Shown: positions 18,847 through 29,489, numbered from the stretch's first letter. The stretch: DNA of 64,000 nt from Bacteroidaceae bacterium (GCA_017469525.1 JAFUGG010000016.1:77-64076), one strand, 5' to 3'. The notes: generated from the letters alone by a model not told the origin. A program made the numbers and translations.

Positions 18847-19631
18847 GCTTCCTCCTTCCTGTATCTTATTTTTCTTATCCAGTCGATGCCTGTCAGGCGG
18901 AGTGCCTTCTTGACGGTCTGCGTGCATACGAGGAAGGCGTAGAAGGTGTATGCCTGAAGCCTCGAGCCACCGTTTCCGCGGATGAGGGCCACATACTCTT
19001 TTCTCTTCTTGAAGATGCTTTCGTTGGTGGCGCCCCCCAGACGGAACACGGAGACCACTTCCGGCACATGCTTGAATCTCATTTCTGCCGAGGTGGCCCT
19101 CATGAGTAAGTCGAGATCCATGGTGTAGTGAAGTGACGTGTTGTAGCCGCCCAGCCGCTGGTATGCCTGCCTTGTGACGAACACGCCCTGATGCCCAGGC
19201 CTGCGGAAGAAAGGCATGAGGGGGAAGTGGGTTGACGGGTGTTGTATGCGCTTCTCGCCAGTCCTCGTGTCCAGCAAAAGGAGGTCGCAGCTGTAGATGT
19301 CCGTCTCCTCGTCATAGTATGCAGCCACCTTCTCCAAGGCTCCAGGCAATAGCTGGTCATCGGAATTGATGCATACGATGAGCTCGCCTGTGCTGTGCGC
19401 AATACCTTTGTTGAAGGCATCGCTGATGCCGCGGTCAGGTTCGGAGACATAGAATGAGATGTGGCTGCGGTATCTGTCGATGATGCGCTGCGTGCCGTCG
19501 GTGGAGCATCCGTCGATGACGACGTACTCCATGTTCTTGTAGTCCTGTGCGGTTACGCTCTTGAGCGTTTCCTCTATCGTGGCAGAACTGTTGTAGGATA
19601 TGGTGATGACGGTAATCCTTGGGATGGTCAT
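18843..19631 (-). CDS. Glycosyltransferase family 2
   Basis: ITVITISYNSSATIEETLKSVTAQDY...VIDGCSTDGT and NSDD, the standard GT-A signature. Confidence 0.8.
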   Translation of the reverse strand: MTIPRITVITISYNSSATIEETLKSVTAQDYKNMEYVVIDGCSTDGTQRIIDRYRSHISFYVSEPDRGISDAFNKGIAHSTGELIVCINSDDQLLPGALEKVAAYYDEETDIYSCDLLLLDTRTGEKRIQHPSTHFPLMPFFRRPGHQGVFVTRQAYQRLGGYNTSLHYTMDLDLLMRATSAEMRFKHVPEVVSVFRLGGATNESIFKKRKEYVALIRGNGGSRLQAYTFYAFLVCTQTVKKALRLTGIDWIRKIRYRKEEA

Positions 19632-19638
19632 AGGTAGG

Positions 19639-20532
19639 TCAGTATTTGTTGAAAAGTAGATTGATCCAAAAGAGCAACTGTGTTGTGCGGTCTGCGCAGC
19701 GCAGGCTCCTGGATGTAAGCATTCTTAATCTTTTGCCCACACTCGTCTTTCCCTCGAGGAAGAGCGTGAGCAATGCAGCGTTGGGAGCGGTGAGTTTGTC
19801 GTGGTAGCCATTGGAGAGCTCACGGGCCTGCAGGTATCGTTCGTCGTTCTTGGCGGTAAACCTTCTGAACCGCTTCTTCCACTCGTATGCGGCTCCCTGT
19901 CCAAGCCCCACAGTGTTGTCGCCGTGTTGTCTGTAGAGTATATGTGGACGGGTGTCGAAGTGGAGGAAGGCACCTATGCCGAGTGCAATGGAGTAAATCC
20001 AGATGTCGTGCATAGGCATTATCTCGGGCAAGAAATTGCCAACGGCCTCACGCATGCGGTGGTTCATCACCATAGTACAACCTCCTATGAACTTGTATAT
20101 GAGCGACTCCCCAAATGTCAACTTAGGGTGTATTATGACGCTTGGTATATTGTTCAGCCGGGCATCGACGAGCTGTGTCTGCGAGAAATACAGTGCCGGC
20201 TCGCTTTCGTGACCTTCCAACGAGGTAATGGCGGCGAAAAGCTTGTCGTCCATCCATTTGTCATCCTGGTCAGAGAATGCGTAGAAGTCGCTTGCAGGAG
20301 CATTTTGCAGCAGATGCATGAAACTGCGTGCCGGGCCGAGATTGTTACCGCAGTAGTAGTCGAGCCGCCCGGATTCCTTATACTCGTCGAGTATCGTCAG
20401 GGTTGCATCGGTTGAACCGTCGTCCCTGACAAGAAGACTTACCTCCACGCCCCGCTGCCCAAGGATGCTGTCTATCTGCTCCCTTAGGTATTTCTCCCCA
20501 TTGTAAGTTGACATCAAAACGAGTACTTTCAT
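19639..20532 (-). CDS. Glycosyltransferase family 2
   Basis: MKVLVLMSTYNGEKYLREQIDSILGQ...LLVRDDGSTDAT and SDQDD. Confidence 0.8.
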   Translation of the reverse strand: MKVLVLMSTYNGEKYLREQIDSILGQRGVEVSLLVRDDGSTDATLTILDEYKESGRLDYYCGNNLGPARSFMHLLQNAPASDFYAFSDQDDKWMDDKLFAAITSLEGHESEPALYFSQTQLVDARLNNIPSVIIHPKLTFGESLIYKFIGGCTMVMNHRMREAVGNFLPEIMPMHDIWIYSIALGIGAFLHFDTRPHILYRQHGDNTVGLGQGAAYEWKKRFRRFTAKNDERYLQARELSNGYHDKLTAPNAALLTLFLEGKTSVGKRLRMLTSRSLRCADRTTQLLFWINLLFNKY

Positions 20533-20546
20533 GTATCAATTCGTAG

Positions 20547-21368
20547 TTAACTATGCACGATTCCAGATTTTAAGTAGGCCTTCAGGTAGCGGAGTGTGCG
20601 TTGCCTGATGGTATGCGAGAGGGTAGGCCGCAGCGTCGTTACTGTCAGGGCAAGAGTGTCCGTCCAACTGTCCCTTGGATAGGCAGCGGCACATTGCAGG
20701 TATATGCAGAAGCGGTGGAACACCTTCTCTGGGTCAGTGTCAAGGCCTGAGTAGCTCTGTTGGCATACGAGGTCTGGCATGACGTAGAAGGTATTGTAGT
20801 GCTTGCGGTATTTCTCGATGAAACGTATGTCTGAGAAGTCAAGCCACACCGGTTCGTCATATCCGCCTGCCTTTATGAAAGACTTGACGCTGACAAGTAG
20901 TCCGCTGTTGATGGGGCAGGCATCCTTGAAAGCTACGGTGCCCGTGGGCGTGGAGTTCTGGAGGTGCGATGTCTTCATCCTGTAGTGCGTTGGCGAGAGG
21001 TACTTGCCGCCATTCACCATGTGTCGCGGTGCAATCATGTCTGTCTCGGGATGAGTGGCCATGGCACTCTCATACTTGTCTATGGCATCGGGCGGGAACG
21101 TTGTGTCCTGGTCGAGCAGGAGCAACCATTCGTAGCCTTTTGTTTCCGCATAGCGGCAGGCGGTGTTATAGGCGCGACCAAGTCCGCCGTTCGACGGGTC
21201 GTGGACATAATGTGCTATGCCCTGAGGAGGCGTATGGGGCGAGGGCGAGTTGTCGTAGATGAACAGATGTTGCAACTGGTCTTCCCTACCAGCAAACAGG
21301 GTCCGCATGGCCTCTGCTTCTGCAGCTTCCCTGCCATATATCACCAATATGTATAGAACCGACGGCAT
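20547..21368 (-). CDS. GT2-type (rhamnosyltransferase-like) glycosyltransferase
   Basis: NGGLGRAYNTACRYAETKGYEWLLLLDQDTTF, typical of WbbL-like GT2 enzymes. Confidence 0.7.
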   Translation of the reverse strand: MPSVLYILVIYGREAAEAEAMRTLFAGREDQLQHLFIYDNSPSPHTPPQGIAHYVHDPSNGGLGRAYNTACRYAETKGYEWLLLLDQDTTFPPDAIDKYESAMATHPETDMIAPRHMVNGGKYLSPTHYRMKTSHLQNSTPTGTVAFKDACPINSGLLVSVKSFIKAGGYDEPVWLDFSDIRFIEKYRKHYNTFYVMPDLVCQQSYSGLDTDPEKVFHRFCIYLQCAAAYPRDSWTDTLALTVTTLRPTLSHTIRQRTLRYLKAYLKSGIVHS

Positions 21369-21390
21369 TTGCTGTTGTCTTTTTGTCCCT

Positions 21391-22506
21391 TTATTTGTCC
21401 CTCATGATAAGTATGTCTCCGGCAGTGAGTGTGTAGGCAGATTTCACCAGCTCGGCTTTCATGTCCTTGCGGATGCGCACAAGATGGTCACTTGGGCGAA
21501 TCTTTACTGTCACATCCTTGTCTGCGCTCTTGTTGACGTAGCATGTGTAGCTCTTTCCTTCTTTTGTGAAGTGCGACACGACGACTTCGCCATTGATGCA
21601 TTTCCTATGTTCAATGCCTGTCACTTTGCTTTGCCAGAAGAGGCTTGCTACAGGTTTCAACTCAGCGTTCATCTTCTTCACGACCTTATAAGTCTTGCCC
21701 TTCTTTCCGTTGCGAAGCAGAGGACCGTCGTGGAAGTCGTAGCTCTTGGTCGGTTCAGGAGTGGCATAGGAGAAATAGCTGATGGCTTGTGCTCCATATG
21801 CAAGGTTGACGTAGCATTGCAGTCGCAGATGGGCGAGGGTAGGCATCGGATAGGGTCCGTGTGGCACGCAGAGGATGTAGGCCCAAAATGGTTTTCCCGT
21901 GCGAAGGCTCTCACCGCGGATGTCATCAAGGGTGGCATACCATTGGCTACCGGCCACCTTCCCTCCTTTTCTCACCGGGTAGAAATCGTAGGAGATTTGT
22001 GGCTGTTCGATCTTAGAGAAGGCTTTGATATACTCAGGATACTTTTTAACCCCGATATCATCGAGCAGCCACTGGCCTGCGTTGGGGAAGAGGTTGATGT
22101 AGCACTGCCCTTCAGGATGTAGCCTGGATATGCGCTTCTGCAGGTCGTTCAGTTCTTGCCATCGCTTCATCTTCGGTTCGTCAGCCAGAATGTACTGCCA
22201 AAGGGCAGGATGGTCCTTGATATGTGGCACTATGGTCTCCGGCCGCCTTTCTATTTCCACATTGAAGATGAGCACTTTCAGCCCGTTGGCTTCAGCCGCG
22301 TTGAGTGCCTTGTAGATGTTCGGAGTGGATTTGGGCCATACCATTATGGCATTGAAGCCGGCCTTTCGTATATCATTGAAACGTGTGTGGTCATAAAGTT
22401 CTGTAGGCAGAATATCGGCAATGATGGGGAATCCCTGTGGCTCGCTGGCCTTAGTTATGTGCAGAGATAAGATGCTTAGAACAATCAGTAAGATTCGTGC
22501 CTTCAT
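21391..22506 (-). CDS. Secreted hypothetical protein, possibly a TIM-barrel glycoside-hydrolase-like enzyme
   Basis: Signal peptide MKARILLIVLSILSLHITKAS. Alternating beta/alpha-like segments are visible (FNAIMVW, GLKVLIFNV, ILADEP). Only the position inside the EPS operon supports a polysaccharide role. Confidence 0.45.
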   Translation of the reverse strand: MKARILLIVLSILSLHITKASEPQGFPIIADILPTELYDHTRFNDIRKAGFNAIMVWPKSTPNIYKALNAAEANGLKVLIFNVEIERRPETIVPHIKDHPALWQYILADEPKMKRWQELNDLQKRISRLHPEGQCYINLFPNAGQWLLDDIGVKKYPEYIKAFSKIEQPQISYDFYPVRKGGKVAGSQWYATLDDIRGESLRTGKPFWAYILCVPHGPYPMPTLAHLRLQCYVNLAYGAQAISYFSYATPEPTKSYDFHDGPLLRNGKKGKTYKVVKKMNAELKPVASLFWQSKVTGIEHRKCINGEVVVSHFTKEGKSYTCYVNKSADKDVTVKIRPSDHLVRIRKDMKAELVKSAYTLTAGDILIMRDK

Positions 22507-22530
22507 ATCTATTCTATGGGAATGTTAGGT

Positions 22531-23574
22531 TCAGTGGAAATATATCTCGTTTATCATATGCACGATATAATGGGTGAGGCAGAAGGCCGCCAGTCCTATA
22601 CGGGCCACATAGCGAGGCCGTATGATGTAGAGCAGACAGGTGAAGGAGAGTGTGTTGAATATGCCAAAAAGGTCATGGAGGCGTTTGCCCAGTACTTCGA
22701 TGTCGGCAAAAAGGATGAGAAAGCCCATCTCGAGGGCGAGCACTTTGATGAGTATTGGGGCATAGCGGCAGTGGCGGTGGATAGTATCGTAGAAAAAGAT
22801 GAAGATGTAGAGCATGATGAATTCAGCCATAAACGCAATCTGCTTATAGGGCACATATTTCACGTCGGCTCCGGTTTCACTGACTTCCCTATAGTGGTCA
22901 AGTTTTCCTTCAATTGCTTCTCCTGGGATAAGGCTAAAAGCACCGAAACCAGCTATATAGAGCAGTATGCAGATGGGTATGCTAAGGCCGAGAATCCATT
23001 TCCAGTACTTACCAATCTCCATGTTTCCTACAAACAGGATTGGCAGGAAGGCCAAGCTGGAATAGTGGAACAGTGCAGCGACAATCAGTAGAGCTGCAGC
23101 TTTGAAGTATTGCCGTTTTTCCAGAGGGATGATTGTCCAAAAGAGAAATGCAGTGGCTACGCCGCAACGTATCTGTACGACATCCTGCATGGGATAGTAG
23201 ATGCCCACATAGACTATCATGGCGGTGAAGACGAAGGGGGTGAGTTTCCAGAGAAGTGTCAGTTTGATGGGTATAGCTATCAAGGCATAGGTAAGGAACA
23301 TAGCGATGACACCGAAACCCAACGAGAGGTAAAGCCGGCTGAGATATATGTAGGTGGGCTCCGTCATGGTCTCGATGAGGATGTTGTCATGGAAATAGAA
23401 GAATTTCTCGTAGTTGGCGGCATCTGCTGTTGTCATGGGCTTGAAGGTGGAAATGCAGATGAGGGCGATGGCGATGGAGAAGAGTAGAATGAGTTTTTGC
23501 CATGCGGGCATGTGGTCCTCCATAAGGGAAAGGACTACAACGATAGCGAATATGGATAGAATGAGTATATCCAT
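22531..23574 (-). CDS. EpsG/Wzy-like polysaccharide polymerase (polytopic membrane protein)
   Basis: 347 aa, almost entirely hydrophobic helices. It lies between the Wzz-like gene and the glycosyltransferase genes. Confidence 0.65.
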   Translation of the reverse strand: MDILILSIFAIVVVLSLMEDHMPAWQKLILLFSIAIALICISTFKPMTTADAANYEKFFYFHDNILIETMTEPTYIYLSRLYLSLGFGVIAMFLTYALIAIPIKLTLLWKLTPFVFTAMIVYVGIYYPMQDVVQIRCGVATAFLFWTIIPLEKRQYFKAAALLIVAALFHYSSLAFLPILFVGNMEIGKYWKWILGLSIPICILLYIAGFGAFSLIPGEAIEGKLDHYREVSETGADVKYVPYKQIAFMAEFIMLYIFIFFYDTIHRHCRYAPILIKVLALEMGFLILFADIEVLGKRLHDLFGIFNTLSFTCLLYIIRPRYVARIGLAAFCLTHYIVHMINEIYFH

Positions 23575-23579
23575 GATTA

Positions 23580-24647
23580 TTAACCAATGCTGTCACCCCT
23601 CCAGCTATTGTCTGTACAGATGATATAAACAGAGCAGAAGAAACATACAAGAAAAATCAAGGCAAATGTGATGAGTGCTCGTCTTGGTCCTGCTGGCTTT
23701 TGTGGTACAGAGGCTCCTTGCAGGACTGTAATTACAGGAGTGACTTCCTGTAATTTCGCTTTTGCAGCTTCCAATTTTTGAGAGGCAGCGGAAAAAGTCT
23801 GATATTTCATTCTCTGCTCATTGTTCAGTGCTTCCAACTGTGCCTTCGCTGTCTCGTTGATGATGTCCCAATTGGCATCTACTGCTGCAACATACCGTCT
23901 GTTACTTACTTCGTATTCATCTCTCGTCTGTGAGTAGATAAGTTGTGCATACTCCAAGTCATTGCGGGCTTTCTTGGTGCGATAGTCCAGAATGAAGTCC
24001 TGCAACTTGTTGCTGACAGTGTCGGCGATTAGTGCGCAGACCAATGGGTCAAAGTCGTTAACTATGACGGAGATAACTCCAGTTTTCTTATCATAACTGT
24101 ATTGTATCTTTCCGCCTATAACTGCAGCAATTTCGTTTTGTTTTTTTGTCAGCAGAAAGCTGGGGGAATAGGTTTTTCCTTCTGCTCCAGAGGTGTTTAC
24201 TTCAGCTTTCTTGGGCTTCACCATCTTTTTAAGCTTTCCCCATAGCTTCATATACCATGAATTCTTGTTGTGCTTCTGCAAGTAGTCGTAGTAGGTTGTA
24301 TTAATGGAGCCGTCAAGAGTGGTAATCTCAACAGGGAACATTGACACGATGAAGTCCTTTGATTGCATCAAGTCAGGGTACAAGTTGGGCGAGATTGCGT
24401 CGCTTGTAGATTGTGTCTCCCCAAAACCGAAAGAACTCAGTATGGAGTTCATTCCTCCACTGCCCGATTCTGGAGCCAGCATGACTTGACAGCTGTAATA
24501 GCGTGGCATCGTGAATACAAATATTAGAGAGAAAATGATAACACCTGTCATACATGCGGCATATAATTTCCATCTCTTTAGTAGCACCGGGACGATTTTC
24601 GTCAAGTCCAGTATTTGGTCTTTCTTTTCTTCCATATCTGTGGGCAT
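23580..24647 (-). CDS. Chain-length determinant (Wzz-like) protein
   Basis: An N-terminal TM segment (LYAACMTGVIIFSLIFVF) and a C-terminal TM segment (ALITFALIFLVCFFCSVYII) enclose a coiled-coil periplasmic region. It is adjacent to the Wza-like exporter. Confidence 0.7.
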   Translation of the reverse strand: MPTDMEEKKDQILDLTKIVPVLLKRWKLYAACMTGVIIFSLIFVFTMPRYYSCQVMLAPESGSGGMNSILSSFGFGETQSTSDAISPNLYPDLMQSKDFIVSMFPVEITTLDGSINTTYYDYLQKHNKNSWYMKLWGKLKKMVKPKKAEVNTSGAEGKTYSPSFLLTKKQNEIAAVIGGKIQYSYDKKTGVISVIVNDFDPLVCALIADTVSNKLQDFILDYRTKKARNDLEYAQLIYSQTRDEYEVSNRRYVAAVDANWDIINETAKAQLEALNNEQRMKYQTFSAASQKLEAAKAKLQEVTPVITVLQGASVPQKPAGPRRALITFALIFLVCFFCSVYIICTDNSWRGDSIG

Positions 24648-24672
24648 TGAAAGTTGGTTAGGCTCAATAATC

Positions 24673-27045
24673 TTATCTTCTCAGAGCGCTAATAAGTACA
24701 GCTCCGACGGTAGAGAGTGCGCTGACACCAGCCAGAGCGACGGATGTCTTCTTGCCGTTGTCATCTTTCTCTGGTTTTGTCGGTATGACTATCTCGCATC
24801 CAGGGCGGACCCGACCGTGGTTTATACGGCTCACCTGTCCATTGGCATAGATGATAAACGCTTTGCTGCGCTGTCCCTTACTGTTGGTGCCGCCAGCTTG
24901 GTTAATGTAGTATGATACGGACTTGTCTTCAATGTATGGCACTGTGTTGGGATATAGGACCTCACCACTGATGCGAACGGTGCTATTATATCGTGGGATA
25001 GTGATTTGATCTCCATTTCTCAGAATGACATCTTTGGTACAGCCCGGATTCTTTAAAGCAGCAATAAGGTCAATTCCTACGGTATATCTGTCCTTTATGG
25101 TAATCTTCTCGACATCAACAGTATCTGCGCTATGGGCAATATCCAAAAGTTGTAAGGAGCGTTCTTTTTCGTTTTGGCTTATGGCTCGGGTGAAGCGTGC
25201 TCCTTCAGCAAAACCTGCTTCGGTCAGTCCTCCTGCACGTTTTATCAAGTCGCTAAGACGGTCTTTCCTGCTTTGGAGACTGTAGTTCCCTGGATACTTG
25301 ACTTCGCCGCCAATATGAACGATGGCAACATCGGCAAACTCTGGGTTTCTCTTGATTGTAATCACGTCGAAGGGTTTAAGGGCAAAATTCTGTCCTTCTT
25401 TTACCATGAGCCCATTTTCGATGTTGAATGTATATATTTTAGCTTTCTGGTTATATGTGGTATCTCGTTCGTCAGTGTATTGCAGGCGGCGTGCTATTTC
25501 TATGTTGCTTAGCAGGGCTTCTTCTCTCAGTCCCCCTGCAGCTACGATGGCGTCCTCGAGAGTCATATTCTCGACATATGGGAATGCGCCTTGTTTCGCA
25601 AGAGGACCGTAGATGTGGTATTTGCGAGCTCTTGTTATTTCTTCATTTGAAGAAACGACCAGTGAGTCTTCGTTTTCTAATATGACATCAGGAACGTTGT
25701 TGCTCATGATACCTGCCAGGTCGATGCTCATAGCTTTACGGGTACGGTTCTCATTCATGCGGAAGAGAACGATAAGATTGGTGTATGCGTTTTCTTTTAC
25801 ACCTCCAGCTTTCTCAATTAAGGTGCGAACGCTGTTGCATTCGTTAGAGATGGAGTAGTGTCCGGGATAGAAGACAGCACCGGAAACTTCGACCATGTTC
25901 TGGTACCGGTCGATAATGCTCTTGACATTGATACTGTCTCCATCTTGAACAATGAAGGTGGCGTAGTCCCATTCATCGACAGAATGAACGGTAAGTCCAT
26001 CGTTGTTTTTACGTTCAACGCTAATAATACTTTTGTTGGCTTCGCTCTTGAATCCTCCGGAATAATCCAGCAGCGACTTCAGAGTCTCGCCTTCTTTCAT
26101 TTCGTAGAACATCGGTCGTTTGATGGAACCGCTGATGTTGACGAGGACGTCATAGGCTCCTACAATGATGGCATCGTTGTCCTGCAGCATGACGTTGCCG
26201 GTCAGCTTGCCGTTTAGGATGTAGTCATAGACGTCTATCTTCGAGATGATCTTTCCTCCGCGACTCACTTTGATGTTTCTCAAAGTACCTATTTCGGTGA
26301 CGCCTCCAGCCAGGTAAAGAGCGTTGAAGACGGTGGAGAAAGCCGACAGCGTATAAGTGCCAGGGTTGATAACCTCGCCCAGGACGTTAACGATGACTGT
26401 ACGTGTCTGTCCGACGGTGAGCTTGATGCTGGATCCTTGGTAGTGCTCTCCCATTTTGCTTCTTATTTTTGCCTGGGCTTGCTCTGCAGTTAGTCCAGCT
26501 ATTTCTACGGGGCCTATCTTTTCGATGATAATGAGTCCTTCTGGTGAGATGGCATATTTCTGGCTGCTTTGCGAAGTGCCGTAAATGTCAATCAGCACTT
26601 CGTCTCCAGGGCCGAGTACATAGCCGGCTGGAGTTGCAATGTTCATATTGGGCTCAAATGTCAGCTTGTCGTTCTTGAAGATGTCGTGGCCGAAAATCTC
26701 TTTGACATTTGATACGACATTGGCAACGGTGGCATCGTTGCTTCCATTGCTTGATTGAGTATCACCATTGGCTTTTCGAATGCGGTCACCAGCAGCTTGG
26801 GAAGATGTGCTGGCTGAATTTCCTATACCGCTTTGAGATTGGGCTGCATCGTACTGCTCCTTGAGTCGAATAAGCTGGTCTCTGCTTACACCCTTTCTTT
26901 GCAACTCCAGAAGGATGGTAGTCTGGCTTTTGCCTGCTTCGTGCTGTTCCTGGACGTATTCGATTACCTCCTCGTCGCTCATCTGTGCCGATGCTTGGCT
27001 GGCTGCGAACAGGGCTAACATCAGGGCAAATAAAATTCTCTTCAT
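24673..27045 (-). CDS. Polysaccharide export protein (Wza/BexD-like with multiple SLBB domains)
   Basis: Signal peptide MKRILFALMLALFAASQASAQ. A Poly_export-like segment (YVLGPGDEVLIDIYG) is followed by repeated SLBB-like units (PG.Y.L....L.D.I..AGG). The start at 27045 gives the signal peptide; the longer ORF runs into the promoter region. Confidence 0.8.
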   Translation of the reverse strand: MKRILFALMLALFAASQASAQMSDEEVIEYVQEQHEAGKSQTTILLELQRKGVSRDQLIRLKEQYDAAQSQSGIGNSASTSSQAAGDRIRKANGDTQSSNGSNDATVANVVSNVKEIFGHDIFKNDKLTFEPNMNIATPAGYVLGPGDEVLIDIYGTSQSSQKYAISPEGLIIIEKIGPVEIAGLTAEQAQAKIRSKMGEHYQGSSIKLTVGQTRTVIVNVLGEVINPGTYTLSAFSTVFNALYLAGGVTEIGTLRNIKVSRGGKIISKIDVYDYILNGKLTGNVMLQDNDAIIVGAYDVLVNISGSIKRPMFYEMKEGETLKSLLDYSGGFKSEANKSIISVERKNNDGLTVHSVDEWDYATFIVQDGDSINVKSIIDRYQNMVEVSGAVFYPGHYSISNECNSVRTLIEKAGGVKENAYTNLIVLFRMNENRTRKAMSIDLAGIMSNNVPDVILENEDSLVVSSNEEITRARKYHIYGPLAKQGAFPYVENMTLEDAIVAAGGLREEALLSNIEIARRLQYTDERDTTYNQKAKIYTFNIENGLMVKEGQNFALKPFDVITIKRNPEFADVAIVHIGGEVKYPGNYSLQSRKDRLSDLIKRAGGLTEAGFAEGARFTRAISQNEKERSLQLLDIAHSADTVDVEKITIKDRYTVGIDLIAALKNPGCTKDVILRNGDQITIPRYNSTVRISGEVLYPNTVPYIEDKSVSYYINQAGGTNSKGQRSKAFIIYANGQVSRINHGRVRPGCEIVIPTKPEKDDNGKKTSVALAGVSALSTVGAVLISALRR

Positions 27046-27116
27046 GTATGTTTTTGGTTTTGTTATTATTCTTCTGCGTAATCCTTTTGCTGTTGCCGTT
27101 AAGGGCAAAAGTTTTG

Positions 27117-27124
27117 CAAAGGTA
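27117..27124 (-). promoter_or_regulatory. Bacteroidota -7 box (TACCTTTG) for the wza-led operon
   Basis: The reverse complement of CAAAGGTA matches TAnnTTTG, about 72 nt upstream of the ATG at 27045. Confidence 0.4.
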
Positions 27125-27228
27125 TGATAATTTGTTTTATTTATAACGTGCGCGAGGCTTCTTTTATTGTGTTTGCCGCAGAGAAATGAAAAAAAAGCGA
27201 ATAAATTTGCATATTCAAAAATTATTTG

Positions 27229-27236
27229 TACCTTTG
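27229..27236 (+). promoter_or_regulatory. Bacteroidota -7 box (TACCTTTG) for ssrA
   Basis: A TAnnTTTG match lies 29 nt upstream of the mature tmRNA 5' end. Confidence 0.5.
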
Positions 27237-27264
27237 CACCCCAAACGACGTTGCATGTCACTTC

Positions 27265-27666
27265 GGGGCTGACTGGATTTGACAGCAGGATGAGGTGCCA
27301 GTGTAAGCACGCAGAGAGTTGGTAGCCGCTCTCTTTAATCTCTGACTTCCGACAATTTAATTGGCGCAAACAACTACGCTCTCGCTGCCTAACCGAAGCA
27401 CAGTAGGTTACTGGCTTTATCCGGACACTAGGTGTCTGGACGAGACATCGCTCAGAAGCTGTTGTTCCGAAGCGTCTGGCAAAGCGGTGCTAAAAAATCG
27501 GAGATAGTCAGGGGAGATGTTCCTATCCCATGATGAAAGCTTAGGAAATAAGGCATTGGTTGGTGGTCCAGGTCTTGCCGGTGCTCGAAAACTTAGTCTG
27601 GAATAAGCGTGTAGAAAGCCTGGGATGTCCCTGTTTGGACGAGGGTTCAATCCCCTCCAGCTCCAC
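27265..27666 (+). ncRNA. ssrA: tmRNA (transfer-messenger RNA)
   Basis: The 5' end GGGGCTGACTGGATTTGACAGC pairs with the 3' end GGACGAGGGTTCAATCCCCTCCAGCTCCA (acceptor/T-arm). The internal tag ORF GCA AAC AAC TAC GCT CTC GCT GCC TAA encodes ANNYALAA-stop at 27366-27392. Confidence 0.95.
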
Positions 27667-27828
27667 TTCGTTTCGCCCTCCAGGGATTAAACCCTCGTGA
27701 GGGTTGACCATTGTCGAGCTAAAGCTTCTTGCGCTCTGCTTTTAGCAGATGCTCAGGCGGCAAAGCCGGACTTCCGTTTTACTCAAGCGGGTGGTTAGGA
27801 TTGTAGGTGTTTGTGCGGCTTAGGGGAT

Positions 27829-28632
27829 TTATATACGTTTTGTGAGCCCAGCATAGCATCCACGTAATATGGATATCAATTTCCCCACTTTGTTACCTTC
27901 GAACAGGAGTACCCACACGACATTTTTCAGCCAGCCCTTAAAGTCTTCCCTGATGTAGGCGAATTGTGGAAACTTCCGAATGAGTAGGATGTTGTTTCTG
28001 TAAATGCCGTATAGACGATGAGCTGAGTAGTTCCTCAGGATGATTTTATGTCCCAAGAACATTCGCGTTACAGGTTCTCCTAAGCGGTGTTGCATCACGA
28101 TATTCTTCACGACGAATATCTTGATGCCGAGTGTATGGGCATGCAGGCAAAAGTCGTCATCCACAGCATCTATTTTGAATTCTTCATCCCAACCTCCAAT
28201 CTTGTCAATCAGTGTTACAGGTATCAGCATTCCTGATGTTATTGGTCGCTCTACTTCTTCAAAATCTTCGGTAATCTTTCTTCCTTCAATTGGTGGGGTG
28301 TATATCCCTTTCGGTGCATTCTTGTTGAATACAGTCCGTTCTAAGTAATAGGGAAAGTTCCCGAAGCAGGAGTCCTGGTCCATTGTCAGCAGGTGGTCAT
28401 ATCCATTCCGTAGGGCATACTGCCATGCATAGTTCAAGGCGTGTGATATGCTGTTGATGCCGTCTCCGCAGTATTCTATTTTTTCGTGGTGGATAAACCT
28501 GTAGTCCTTGCGCTTTTCGTGAGGCGTGTTCTCCCAGATTAGCACTTTATCTACATTATCAATGAGTGCGTTGATGTTTTTGGAGAGAAGCCCTTTTTCG
28601 GGGAAATAGGTGACGACAACTGCTAATAACAT
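27829..28632 (-). CDS. GT2-type (rhamnosyltransferase-like) glycosyltransferase
   Basis: MLLAVVVTYFPE...SHALNYAWQYALRNGYDHLLTMDQDS. It belongs to the same family as the 20547-21368 gene. Confidence 0.7.
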   Translation of the reverse strand: MLLAVVVTYFPEKGLLSKNINALIDNVDKVLIWENTPHEKRKDYRFIHHEKIEYCGDGINSISHALNYAWQYALRNGYDHLLTMDQDSCFGNFPYYLERTVFNKNAPKGIYTPPIEGRKITEDFEEVERPITSGMLIPVTLIDKIGGWDEEFKIDAVDDDFCLHAHTLGIKIFVVKNIVMQHRLGEPVTRMFLGHKIILRNYSAHRLYGIYRNNILLIRKFPQFAYIREDFKGWLKNVVWVLLFEGNKVGKLISILRGCYAGLTKRI

Positions 28633-28634
28633 TT

Positions 28635-29390
28635 TTAGTCAAGCGCTTTAAATGAATAGGACAGGCATTTCCTTATGCGATATTGTTGACGATATATGAA
28701 TGTGTTTTCGGGCTGGACATGGTGGAAGTGCCATTTCAGGAAATCTACATTTCGTGTGTTGCGGTCTGGGGGTAATAATAGTCCTGGCATGAAATGATTC
28801 TTCCAATACACATACATGAGGTTGAACTGGTCTCTCTTTGTGTATTTCATGAATTCTGCCCACCATTCTTCTGATATCTTCTTTACCAGGGGGGCGCTGT
28901 GCTTCCTTAGGATGAAGTTGTTCTCGAACAGTCCCCAATGTGCAGGAAAACCTTCTTTTTTCAGATGTTGGTACTGAAGGAATGTCTTGAAGAACCCGGA
29001 ACGTCCGCATTGATAGGCACGCTTTATCTCTTCGTAGGTGCAGTCGCAGGGCGGAAGGCAGTGAGTCACTTGATATATCTTTCCGCCCTCTGACATCTTG
29101 TCTTCCAGGATTGAGTATAGTTCCTTTCCTGTAATCTGGATGTTTGCATCCATCCATAGGCTCCACTCGTAATCCTTCAGTGCTCGGTGGGGGAGTAGCT
29201 TGACGTAGCGCGACAGGCGGGCCTTGTCTTTGTGCTCGAAGGGGATGGGACGTATCTGCCAGACGCCTACTCTTTCCTCTTTTATGTCGTTCGAGAAGCA
29301 GATGTAGTCGTAGCTGTCGTCGACGACTTCGGGCTGCCGGATGACGTCATAGCTGCCTACCAGGCATGTGTATATCACCTTCTTGTTCAT
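28635..29390 (-). CDS. DUF616-like glycosyltransferase-domain protein
   Basis: MNKKVIYTCLVGSYDVIRQPEVVDDSYDYICFSND matches my recollection of the DUF616/TOD1-type N-terminus. It lies 2 nt from the next gene. Confidence 0.55.
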   Translation of the reverse strand: MNKKVIYTCLVGSYDVIRQPEVVDDSYDYICFSNDIKEERVGVWQIRPIPFEHKDKARLSRYVKLLPHRALKDYEWSLWMDANIQITGKELYSILEDKMSEGGKIYQVTHCLPPCDCTYEEIKRAYQCGRSGFFKTFLQYQHLKKEGFPAHWGLFENNFILRKHSAPLVKKISEEWWAEFMKYTKRDQFNLMYVYWKNHFMPGLLLPPDRNTRNVDFLKWHFHHVQPENTFIYRQQYRIRKCLSYSFKALD

Positions 29391-29489
29391 ACGTTTTTAT
29401 TATATATAACGTGTGTACTGCTTGTTTTATTGTGTCCGACTTGTAGGAAATAAAAGGCAGAATTGTTTTGTTGTTTCCGATAATATGTG

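Noticed and set aside
21391-22506. Assigning a specific glycoside hydrolase family to the secreted protein inside the EPS operon.
   Set aside because: Only a generic alternating beta/alpha pattern is visible. No catalytic signature could be read with confidence.
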